A model generated the notes under the pieces. The model saw nothing but the letters and a program-made list of their open reading frames with translations. It was not told the origin of the DNA and searched no databases. A program made the position numbers and the translations under genes. Positions 40,416 through 49,721 of a DNA stretch of 64,000 bases are shown piece by piece. The DNA comes from Candidatus Poribacteria bacterium (lineage in GTDB: Bacteria; Poribacteria; WGA-4E; PCPOR2b), in NCBI GenBank assembly GCA_965208675.1, contig OZ242351.1, forward strand, positions 4,256,001 to 4,320,000, given 5' to 3'. Positions within the stretch are counted from its first letter, which is position 1. Every line of letters starts with the position of its first letter.

Positions 40416-40642
40416 TTAGTCAAGAAGTCTTGATTTTGTGGTCGCGCATTCTATGCCAAGCGATTGTCTAATCCAATACGGGGAAAAGCAATCTACACCA
40501 TAATATTGCTAGGATTCTTGTAAGTATTCGCGGTAAAGGTTTTCAGGGAGAGATAACGGCACACCATATTCGTCTCGTATCTTAAAACTCTCCTTTGCTT
40601 CCTTTAGTAGTTGTCTTAGCTCCTGTTTATTTCCTCAATCAT
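40416..40642 (-). pseudogene. Degraded gene fragment, family uncertain
   Basis: Reading frame ELRQLLKEAKESFKIRDEYGVPLSLPENLYREYLQES*QYYGVDCF...TTKSRLLD* continues in a protein-like way through an in-frame TAG at 40509-40511. Confidence 0.35.
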
Positions 40643-41192
40643 GCCTTCTTTCCTTCAATGCGGTGCTTCCAAAACGCACGATAATGCAAAAAATTTAACC
40701 TATTCAACACGTGTTCTTCCAAGCAAGGGTTTTAAAATCGTGCGCGAGAGATTTGATGATCCCGTAAGATGAACACTGATCGTGCTTTTGTTAAGCAGTT
40801 AGATTATTTCTTTCCGTTTGCCCTAGGGAATCGTTGTTGTACGCATCTATCGGTAGTATGTGATCTCTGTACCGAGCCAGGAAGCGCTAGTCGTCTGGAG
40901 CACGCCGTGTGCATCAGTCATTACAATAGTCGGTCAGTTTGGAATCCGGCGTAATTACCGGGGATACCGGCGAAAATCCGGTCTTCAATAATGAGACCGA
41001 GGCGGAATGCAAGGCTTACAATGGGTTGGTCAAATACGCGATCTCTTCGCATCACACAGTCGGAATGAATGGGGAATGCCAGCCGGCGTTTATCAAGCAA
41101 AAAATCGCGGCCGGATTAATCAATATTCTTGAATCGCTTGCTACACAGTGTTGTGTAGTCGTATCGTGGACGGAAAGGATGCACACCGCAAT

Positions 41193-41867
41193 TCATTCCG
41201 GAAAAGGAATCTCCGGTTGATTACCGTTCAACAGATCTTTATAGTAACTAGACTGCTGTAAAATATTTGACTTAATCAAACTTTGGCGAGACAACGCGAC
41301 GTACAGCGCAGCTGAATACGCCTGACAGCTGAAGGATCGTTTCGGATTGAAAACAATGTCTGAAAACGCTTCGTACTCTTTTAGTTGCTCCGCGAGATTC
41401 GGATTCTGCTCTAGCGCCTGTAAGTATAGTAAATTGTAGAAGAAAGTCCTTGGCTCAGTCGGAAATTTCTTACCGTCAAAGTGATAACTGCGTAATTCGC
41501 CAGATGTTCGATGGCGTTCGTCGGTTTTTGCCTCTCGGCTTGACACATCGTACAAATCGATGTATGGTCCGCCTTTTTCAAAAACCTTGCTCCCTTGATA
41601 TGCGCATTCCACGCTCATCTCCTGCCCGCGTGGTGTTCGTAATTTTAGATTGAATGCACTCAATAATACTCCAAGTGTGGATTTCGACTTTCCTGAAATC
41701 TCCAAGATTGGCTCAATTCCCAACCTATTAGCGGCTTGGTGCAATGAATCAATAGATTTCTGTCGCTGTGATTTTGCAAAACCCGGAAACCATCTGAATT
41801 CTACGTCAATGGTTTGAACAAAAGAGACATCGCTTGAATCCGGTAAAAAAAGGGGGCGCTTTGCCAT
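41193..41867 (-). CDS. DarT1-associated NADAR-family antitoxin
   Basis: MAKRPLF, FRWFPGFAKSQRQKSI, LEISGKS..LG..LSAFNL, SVECAYQGSKVFEKGGP, AFSDIVFNP..SFSCQA; directly downstream of darT. Confidence 0.85.
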   Translation of the reverse strand: MAKRPLFLPDSSDVSFVQTIDVEFRWFPGFAKSQRQKSIDSLHQAANRLGIEPILEISGKSKSTLGVLLSAFNLKLRTPRGQEMSVECAYQGSKVFEKGGPYIDLYDVSSREAKTDERHRTSGELRSYHFDGKKFPTEPRTFFYNLLYLQALEQNPNLAEQLKEYEAFSDIVFNPKRSFSCQAYSAALYVALSRQSLIKSNILQQSSYYKDLLNGNQPEIPFPE

Positions 41868-41879
41868 TATTTACAACTC

Positions 41880-42650
41880 CTAAAGTGGTATGTCGTCTTC
41901 TGGAGGAATCTTTTCAGGAGAAGGCCCTTCCTTGCTTTCCGAAACAGCACGCGACCAGAACTCATGGTCGACTCTTGGGTAGAAGTATTCCATGTCGTAG
42001 CGACATTTTTGAGTGAAGTTGCCGACATTGCCGCATTCCCATTGTCGCATAGCAGGAAAATCGAAAAAAATTACCTCCTTAATATACCGTGATGATATTC
42101 GGTCAAACACTAAAATCTCCGCTTGAGGATTCGTGGGAAAATTTCGGGGGATTCCCAATGATTTGCAACGAATCTCTCTGGTGTCGTAGTCAGATTCATC
42201 GCCAAATAATGCCCGAAACTCTTTAGGGTGTTTTCGGTCTTCCAATGGAATTTGGCGTACCCTGTTAGAAGAAGCGTTTTCTTGGCAAAACGCACAATCC
42301 AATTCCCATAACAATTCGGCGTCAAGGATTAGAACAACCCATTGGGAATCATACACGTCATCAGTTGTCTTTTTCTGCTCCCTAATTGAGAAAAACATTC
42401 TGTAGTTTGGAAAACTTAGACTTAGGCAAATTCGGTCTTTGTGCCCGTCAATGCGATCAACATCATTTATTTGGCAACTGATTCCTTGGGTGTCCAGCCG
42501 TTCTCGACTCAGCAATCCTTCCCGGAGAATGCTACCGAGATTTTCGATTCGTGTGAAATGCGCAAGGGTTTGTATTCCCCGCTCGACGCAGAACTGTTTA
42601 ATTTGAGTTCTTCTATCGTCCCAAAGTTCTCGCTGTTTGAATTCGCTCAT
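41880..42650 (-). CDS. darT: DarT (DUF4433) DNA ADP-ribosyltransferase toxin
   Basis: LAHFTRIENLGSIL..GLLSR, ND..RIDG...ICLSLSFPN.RMF, catalytic PTNPQAEILV. Confidence 0.85.
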   Translation of the reverse strand: MSEFKQRELWDDRRTQIKQFCVERGIQTLAHFTRIENLGSILREGLLSRERLDTQGISCQINDVDRIDGHKDRICLSLSFPNYRMFFSIREQKKTTDDVYDSQWVVLILDAELLWELDCAFCQENASSNRVRQIPLEDRKHPKEFRALFGDESDYDTREIRCKSLGIPRNFPTNPQAEILVFDRISSRYIKEVIFFDFPAMRQWECGNVGNFTQKCRYDMEYFYPRVDHEFWSRAVSESKEGPSPEKIPPEDDIPL

Positions 42651-42876
42651 TTTGTCTGGTCAAGACCTCCTTACGATTGTTGGTCATGGTACTTACTGAG
42701 AGTTTAGCAAACGTACCGCGTCTATCTGTAGAGAATCAGCGTAAGTTGAACAATATCCCTCGAAGCCGTTTGTGGCTTTAGATGTGCCGCTTAGAAGCAT
42801 TGAATCCCCTTCGCATTGACAACGTAGATTCTCTACATATGTTGATAGACGTTCCCTTACGCTTGAGTTTAGTATT

Positions 42877-43420
42877 TCATTTTCGAGGCGTATTGACAGT
42901 GATTTGAATCCGAAGCCCGCGGGCAATGTGTTCTAAGCGTTCTTTTCGCTGTTTGGTGGGGCCGCCGCATTCCACATAATGTCCATCAATTAGTATCGGT
43001 TTTCTTACGGATTTTGGAAGGTCCCTGCGGTGTTTGACTATGTTAGGATCGTACGGTGCACAAGGCTCCCCGCCTAGCTTGCTAATAACCTGCCGGAATG
43101 TATCTGTTCCGTTATCGTGATGTATGTGTTCCGCATTCGCCATTCTGACATCAAGATTCGTTTGGGATTCATAGTATCCTTTCCTTCCGCTCTTTGGTTG
43201 CGGTGTGGATTTCAGTCGCGGTTTCGATGGGGTGCCTTTCAGCGTCCTTAGGAAATCCAAGACGTGTGAGTGCGGCGGTTTGTGCCCAGAATGCTTTTTC
43301 GGCTTTCGTCGCAACCACTTCCGCCAGAACTGCGGACATTTCGTCTGGTTCGTTAAGCAACAGTTTCCATTTGTCACGTAAACTATTCCTTCTGCTTTAC
43401 GCCTTCCTGAATGTCTAAAT
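42877..43420 (-). pseudogene. Frameshifted C-terminal remnant, resembling tails of restriction-endonuclease-like proteins
   Basis: Two overlapping frames (...KWKLLLNEPDE..VLAE.. and ..LDVRMANAEHIHHDNGTDTFRQVISKLG..ERLEHIARGLRIQITV); no intact start. Confidence 0.4.
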
Positions 43421-43874
43421 GTTCTCGCTAGAGAGGGTTATCTGCTGAAAAGGTGATTTTTACCGAGCCTTTTTCGGGATCACGGTGTATGGGAGTTTCT
43501 GACGGAGGTAAATGTGATATCATATTGCTGAAATTTATGGAGATTAGGGGACAGCACATGGATGGCGAATTAGTAATCAATATTCCTTCGGAATCAGAGT
43601 GGAGTCGCCGTGCTGTTAAGTTTTAATCGCTGGCGTCGCTATATCACCGATTTGCCGTGCTAAGACGTGACAAGGGCGGCTGCCGGGCATCTAGTGACCA
43701 AATTGAGAACCCTATAGAACTCCCAGTGGGTTTCGGATTGTACCATGATAGTGATTGGAAATCAAGAGTAAAGGGACATGGACGCTACATAGCTACCGGC
43801 AACTCAGGCGAACGTGATTGACAGCTTTCCAATCACACCCAAATCGTCTTCAAACAGCTGTCTGCCCAGTTTAT

Positions 43875-44220
43875 GTAGGTTGGGTAGATCGGATATGGTG
43901 ATACATACGTAGTATTTTGTAAGAAATACATACCTTGAGATTGTTTGGTAAATGTAACGGTGGAGCGAAACCCAACGTTTTTGAAACGTTCCGACCGCAG
44001 AACTGCGCACCCCAACACCAGAACGATTGTGACAGGAATATACGATGAGAATGTTTGAAATTCGGAGTGGCGTATTGTAATCGGAATTTGCTAGGGTTGC
44101 CGGAGGTTAAAAAGCGTTGGGTTTCGCTATGCGTAAATTGTCAGCCGTATCATCAGAGATTCGCAACGGTAACCTGCCACCTGAACCGTTTTGCAATTAT
44201 CCGCTCTACCCAACCTACAG
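43875..44220. repeat. Inverted pair of REP-like GTAGGTTGGGTAGA...AACCCAAC elements
   Basis: GTAGGTTGGGTAGA at about 43875 with CGAAACCCAACG at about 43966; mirrored CGTTGGGTTTCG at about 44115 and TCTACCCAACCTAC at about 44205. Confidence 0.7.
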
Positions 44221-44581
44221 AAACTTCTGCGACGGTCCCGACGCCCTACAAGGCGCAATCGAGTCGCCCACTACCCGTTTCCTCGTCGAACGGCTTCCGA
44301 ACGGAATGCCGGAAGAGGAAAAATCCGGCCAAATGATGAACATTGTAAGGAGCTATCCATCATGACTGAATTATCAATAATTGCTGAATTAACTAACCCG
44401 ATAAAGGCTTCAAAAATGAGCATTCTCAACTTATCTTTTCAAATGCTCAACCCCACAAACCCGCTCCCTGTCTAGCGTTGTGCCTATTTTTACTAATTTT
44501 CGCATATTCCAAATGCTCACAGAATGCTCAAATCAAAAATCCCAAATTTGCTTTTCCGTAATGGGCGCTGACACAACAATC

Positions 44582-44610
44582 TTGACGCCATTTATGGTGT
44601 CTGATATAAT
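44582..44610 (+). promoter_or_regulatory. Strong sigma70 promoter of the ParB-like operon
   Basis: TTGACG-17 nt-TATAAT with extended TGn. Confidence 0.7.
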
Positions 44611-44785
44611 CCAAAAATCGCCATTAGCACATGCGAACTTTGGGTTTCAATGTACGCCGGCATTGTTAAATGTCAGAAGTTCTATTGTCGTTGATGAAGA
44701 TACGATTTTTGCTGTCCAATTCAACCTACAATTCCAGCGCGTTGATTAACAGTATACGCCGACATAAACACAAAGGAGATTTACG

Positions 44786-45640
44786 ATGAGCGGAATCACG
44801 GAAATTCTTGTCAGTAAAATTGACCCAAAAAGTGAAGTCAACGTACGTCGCCTCGGTATTGAAGACAATGTAGAGCAAGTTAAATCCTCCATTCAAAAGC
44901 ATGGTTATTGGCGTGACCAGCCAATCGTAGTTCGACCGCACCCGGACCCCGCATCTGGATTCGAATTTCAGCACATTACTGGTCAATGTAGGTTAAAGGC
45001 GTGTTTAGAACTGGGAATGTTGGAAATCCCCGCTGTTGTCGAAGACATTAGTGATGAAGAAGCTATTCAGCGCTCCTGGGGAGAAAACGAGCATCGCGGA
45101 GAGTTATTAATGTCCGATAAAACTTACTGGGCAAATTATTTCTACAACCGCTATAGAGGCGATATGCATGAGACAAGAGAAGCTATTGAGCTTGCCGCAA
45201 AGTTTCTAAATGTGACCGTTGACACTGTGCGCGATTATTTAGGTTTGGCCCTCCTTCCGGAAGAAGTGATAAAAATGGCAGATTCAAAACTCATCACAAA
45301 AGATCAGGCGGAGGCTATTATGAAAAATACCCATGACCCTTCGTCATTTGACGAATCACAGCAAAAGATGATAGAACGTGCGAGCTGGCTTCAACAACAA
45401 CCATCCCGAGAAGGCAGAACATTTGCTGTAGAGGCATTGAACGAATTGACACACGACGCTGCTATCAAAGAATTAAATGGATATGTAATGGATAAATTCG
45501 AGGATATAAAACGAAAGGTGGACATTGTCATACCGACACAGTTGTATGATGATTTATTAAAATGGGGCGAGCGTCGAGGCGTGGAAGACAAATCTATCAT
45601 CATAAATCTCATGATTGCGGAGACTCTGCGAGATGGATAA
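44786..45640 (+). CDS. ParB/Srx N-terminal domain protein with HTH and a possible C-terminal ribbon-helix-helix
   Basis: NVRR, SIQKHG..QPIVVRP, ITGQCRLKAC..LG...IPAVV, ENEHR, HTH (AAKFLNVTVDTVRDYLGL..LPEEV); RBS AAGGAG. Confidence 0.85.
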   Translation: MSGITEILVSKIDPKSEVNVRRLGIEDNVEQVKSSIQKHGYWRDQPIVVRPHPDPASGFEFQHITGQCRLKACLELGMLEIPAVVEDISDEEAIQRSWGENEHRGELLMSDKTYWANYFYNRYRGDMHETREAIELAAKFLNVTVDTVRDYLGLALLPEEVIKMADSKLITKDQAEAIMKNTHDPSSFDESQQKMIERASWLQQQPSREGRTFAVEALNELTHDAAIKELNGYVMDKFEDIKRKVDIVIPTQLYDDLLKWGERRGVEDKSIIINLMIAETLRDG

Positions 45641-46250
45641 GGATACCGCGCGAGCGTATTTAACACATCCGAAGGGCCGGAAACCTTCGGAAATTGGTGA
45701 AGCTGTGGCAGTTTTACGTTCAGATTATCACTCCTATAAAGAAATGGCGCGCGATTACCCATTGAGCGAAAAAACCTTGTCGGGACGACATCGCATATTT
45801 CGACTTCCCAAGGGCATTCGATGGAAGATTGACGAAGGGGAAATTTCAATCACTAAAGGCGAGCAAATAATCCGACTTAACGAAGAAATGGACCAGTGGT
45901 TTTTAGCATTCGCTATTGTCGAAGAACGACTAGAGGAAGAAGTATGCATCAATGTCGTTACTCGCGTTCAGAAATACAATGATTCGATTAGGGATGCCCT
46001 TCGTGAAGCCGCGGGTGTGCAATGCGATAGCATTGTCCATTTGATGCTACCTCTAAATTTTGACGTCCGATTTGCAATGGCTCAGAAAGCATGGGATCGA
46101 AATACGGAATTACAGGACTTTTGCTATGACCAAATGCGTGAAGACCCCGACGCCGCCCTTCAAGAATTAAAGGACGCTTATCGCTCCCTACTATCAAAAT
46201 TTGACGAGGGCATGTCGCATTTACTTGACACTGGATCTGGCTCGGCTTAA
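45633..46250 (+). CDS. ParB-like HTH/central-domain protein lacking the N-terminal CTPase domain
   Basis: PSEIGEAV..L...SYKEMARDYPLSEKTLSGRHRIFRLPKGIRWKIDEGEISIT resembles the ParB HTH region; ATG overlaps the upstream stop by 8 nt. Confidence 0.6.
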   Translation: MDKDTARAYLTHPKGRKPSEIGEAVAVLRSDYHSYKEMARDYPLSEKTLSGRHRIFRLPKGIRWKIDEGEISITKGEQIIRLNEEMDQWFLAFAIVEERLEEEVCINVVTRVQKYNDSIRDALREAAGVQCDSIVHLMLPLNFDVRFAMAQKAWDRNTELQDFCYDQMREDPDAALQELKDAYRSLLSKFDEGMSHLLDTGSGSA

Positions 46251-46284
46251 CTATGCACTTGCCTAAATTTTTTAAGGTTGGGTA

Positions 46285-46690
46285 AAGATCAACTGAACGA
46301 AAAGATCAGATGAACCAGTGGCGAGCGCCAAAGCTTTTGTAGGTTGGGTTAAGCGGGCAAATAAGGGATGCAAAACTCGACGAATGGATACCGGAATTTG
46401 AATTTGTTTGGAATTTGAAAAATGTGTAGCGAACGCAACGGTCAACTGAATGAATAAATCAAGCGACTGCATGAGGAATGCTATAGCGACATTGCAATCT
46501 TAATTCCCCTCCTTACCAAGGAGGGGCTAGGGGAGGTTATGGAACAGGATCAACTGAGCGATTAGCGATGGCGATTGTCTTTTCCTCTCCCGTCTCCGGC
46601 TTCCCCGCGCATCGAATCTTGAACCGCTTCTTCCGCGCAACGTAAAATTGTACAGCATACGGTGAAATCCGCTCAACCCAACCTACAAGA
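46285..46690. repeat. REP-like repeat cluster at the right edge of the island
   Basis: GTAGGTTGGGT at about 46339, CCGCTCAACCCAACCTAC at about 46669, CCTTACCAAGGAGG and GGATCAACTGAGCGA shared with 40028-40055. Confidence 0.65.
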
Positions 46691-46734
46691 ACTGAAATCG
46701 CACGGTTTAGAACGTAGATACCAGGCAAAATTAA

Positions 46735-47340
46735 ATGCAAACACACATCATTACCCGTGACCACATCGTTTATAGTTTCGACCGAGAGCATAACCCGGTT
46801 CGAAAAATCGATCCAGGCGACAAAATCTGCTTTGAAACCTATGATGCGAGAACCGGTACGATTCGGGGCGAAGATAATCTTCTCGACCGCCCGCATCCGC
46901 TTGGCGCAAATCCCGCTACCGGACCTGTATTCGTGCGAGGTGCCGATCCGGGTGATACCCTCCGTGTTGAGATTCTAGAGGTCCAACTTGCATCGCAGGG
47001 TTTCATTGCGATAAAGGCGGGGTTGGGAAACTTGGGGCATCTCGCCGAAAAGTATGTGACTCGCCTCGTTCAGATCGAGGACGGCATCGTGCACTATGAC
47101 GACCGCATACGTTTTCCGGTTCGCCCGATGATTGGCGTCATTGGCACCGCGCCCAAACTTGCCGATGCCATCACTATTGCCTGCGAAGAAATGGCAAATC
47201 TTCTCCAGCAGAAACTCTCCGTTTCGTTCGACGACGCCTATCTGTTGATGAGCGCCATCGGCGACGTTCGGATAAGCCAATCCTGCCAGCCGAACCAATT
47301 CCCTTCCACAATTCGTGTCGTTTTTCCCAAAATCGGTTGA
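46735..47340 (+). pseudogene. Acetamidase/formamidase family gene with an in-frame internal deletion
   Basis: NPATGPVFVRGADPGDTL and PMIGVIGTAP join directly to the C-terminal LADAITIACEEM...DAYLLMSAIGDVRISQ; the GGNxD and GDxHA..GDGE region is absent. Confidence 0.7.
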
Positions 47341-47660
47341 CGCTTCCAAAAAATAATAGAACCTTTACGTCCTCGTATTGACTCCTTACGTCCGTAATGA
47401 ACGTTGACCTTGACGGCTGGTATATGGTATATTTTCACAATCTGAGCGGGATCGGATTTCCAATCGTGTAGAAGGCGTGATTAGCAGTGTAAAGAAATCG
47501 CGCCGGCAATCCGAGAATCTCATTCAACTATACATGCGTCAGGACAATCTCCTAAAGTCATCAGAATCAGAAGACAGATCGGAACGATGTATTGATGTAG
47601 CGGCAAAGAGCTCAATATTCCTTACCTGTCTCAATCAGAGACGTTAAACACCTATCGAAG

Positions 47661-47713
47661 AAAAGCCCATGTCTGAATCCGGGGCTGCCAGCCGGATTGG
47701 TCGTGGGCTTTTT
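47661..47713 (+). terminator. Terminator-like hairpin upstream of polX
   Basis: AAAAGCCCAT..AATCCGG..CCGGATT..GTGGGCTTTTT. Confidence 0.55.
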
Positions 47714-47892
47714 GAATATAATGTCCTATCCTAGGATGCACGTTTGATATCCTTCACAGAAAAACGATCTGCCTGCGTTTTTTACTTAATTGTATGGTTT
47801 CTGGGTTACTCCCTGAAGTCATGCAATTTTGCCGGCGCTACCACTAATTGCGCCAGCCTATACGTCGGTGGACCATTGGAAGGAATTACCAG

Positions 47893-49593
47893 ATGACAAA
47901 TGACGAAATTAGCGACGTTTTTAGGAACATCAGCAATCTCCTTCAGATTCAAGGTGAAGACTCCTTCCGCGCCAGGATTTATGAGAGGTCGGCGGAGTCT
48001 ATTGAGTCGCTCACCGTTGACCTGCATCAGTTAGTTGAACAAGGACAGGTTCGTTCGATACCTGGGATCGGCAAAGCAATTGAGCAGAAAATTATCGAAA
48101 TGCTAGAGACCGGGCGATGTCGATTTTATGAAAACTTAATTCAGGAGATGGGCTCGGAAGTGTTGGAATTGCTGCGCGTGCGGGGGGTTGGGGCGAAAAC
48201 AGCCAGCCGCTTCTATCACGAGTTAGGCGTGAAGAGTGCCAGCAATCTCCGGGAAGCAATTGATAGCGGTAAACTCAAAGAGATGGATCGGATGGGTGCC
48301 AAGACAATCGCCGCGATCGATCGGGGTTTGAAATATTTTGAATCACAAAGCCAAACGCGTGCGCTCTGGCAGGTTTTACCGATTGCGCATGCCGTTCTTG
48401 GTGCGTTAGAGCGCTGCGATGAAATCGGAAGAGCCGATTTCACCGGAGACCTCCGTAGGTGCGAAGAAGTGTTACAAAGCGTTGAACTGATGGCTGAATG
48501 CGAAAACCCGGTTGCGATTGCTGAAATCTTGTCAGCGATAAAAGGCGTTGAATCACCGGATATAGAGAATGGTGTTTTAATTACTGCATCTGTAGATGGC
48601 GGGTTTCCGCTGCGTATTCACTGTTTCCAGCCCGAGGCGTATGGGGAAGGATTGTTGTTGACCACAGGTACGGGTGAGCACATAGCTAAACTCAATCAGA
48701 TTGCTAAAACTCGACACCTGGATGAGATATGCACGCCGTCACCCGTCTGGTGCAACAATAAGACTGAAGCTGGCATCTATGATAAGCTTGGATTACCTTA
48801 CATCGTTCCTGAATTAAGGCGGAGTGCAGACGCGGTAGATTCCGCCTTGGCAGGTGAGTTGCCGACTCTAGTTGAGCTTGATGATTTGCGTTGCGATCTC
48901 CATGCCCACACCGACTGGAGTGATGGGCGGCATTCAATCAGGGAAATGATAGAAGCCGCCAAAGCGTTCGGACATGAATACATCGCCATTACCGATCACT
49001 CGGAATCCTCGCGGGTGGCAAACGGACTGACTCCTGAACGGCTGCTGGAACAGATTAAACACATCCGCGAAGCGAATGCGGCGATCGGCGGTATTGAAGT
49101 GTTAGCCGGTTCGGAGGTCGACATTCGCATAGATGGGAGCCTTGATTTTTCCGATGAGATTCTGGATCAGCTCGACATCGTTATCGCAAGTGTTCATTCT
49201 GGCTTTACGCTGAGCAAATCAGCGATGACGAAGCGCGTGGTACGCGCCATCGAGAATCCGTATGTCACAATTATCGGCCACCCAACAGGGCGGTTACTGG
49301 GTCAACGCCCTGGATACGCAATTGACCTTGATGAGGTAATCAGCGCTGCCGCGGCGAATAATGTCGTGTTAGAAATTAACGCATCTCCCAGCCGGTTGGA
49401 TTTGGAGCCGTGTGTTGCCCGACATGCGCGGAGAAACGGGGTTTTACTAGCGATTAACACGGATGCGCATTCGACCAAACAAATCGAACACATCGGGTTC
49501 GGCGTCAACGTTGCACGGCGGGGTTGGCTAGAAAAGAAAGATGTGATTAACACTTTTCCGTTGGCGTCATTGCAAAAGATTATTCCCCGATAG
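47893..49593 (+). CDS. polX: DNA polymerase X / PHP exonuclease (PolX), non-canonical polymerase site
   Basis: HhH motifs IPGIGKAI and VRGVGAKT, TG..EH, PHP motifs DLHAHTDWSDG, ITDHS, IIGHPTGR, NTDAH. Confidence 0.9.
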   Translation: MTNDEISDVFRNISNLLQIQGEDSFRARIYERSAESIESLTVDLHQLVEQGQVRSIPGIGKAIEQKIIEMLETGRCRFYENLIQEMGSEVLELLRVRGVGAKTASRFYHELGVKSASNLREAIDSGKLKEMDRMGAKTIAAIDRGLKYFESQSQTRALWQVLPIAHAVLGALERCDEIGRADFTGDLRRCEEVLQSVELMAECENPVAIAEILSAIKGVESPDIENGVLITASVDGGFPLRIHCFQPEAYGEGLLLTTGTGEHIAKLNQIAKTRHLDEICTPSPVWCNNKTEAGIYDKLGLPYIVPELRRSADAVDSALAGELPTLVELDDLRCDLHAHTDWSDGRHSIREMIEAAKAFGHEYIAITDHSESSRVANGLTPERLLEQIKHIREANAAIGGIEVLAGSEVDIRIDGSLDFSDEILDQLDIVIASVHSGFTLSKSAMTKRVVRAIENPYVTIIGHPTGRLLGQRPGYAIDLDEVISAAAANNVVLEINASPSRLDLEPCVARHARRNGVLLAINTDAHSTKQIEHIGFGVNVARRGWLEKKDVINTFPLASLQKIIPR

Positions 49594-49721
49594 AAGGGTC
49601 ATCCGGAAAACTCCTCCATTACTCCCCAGTTATACGCTCTTCGGGGCTTTTTCTTTGACATTCCCAGGCATACATGATAAATTTCCGTTGAATCCTACAC
49701 TAAATCGGATTCAAGAATACC

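Noticed and set aside
40700-41190. ORFs 40769-40954 and 40939-41220, or an ncRNA
   Set aside because: No recognisable motifs, RBS or convincing structure.
39000-46700. Prophage, ICE or plasmid integration
   Set aside because: No integrase, rep, ParA, conjugation or virion genes and no att duplication are visible.
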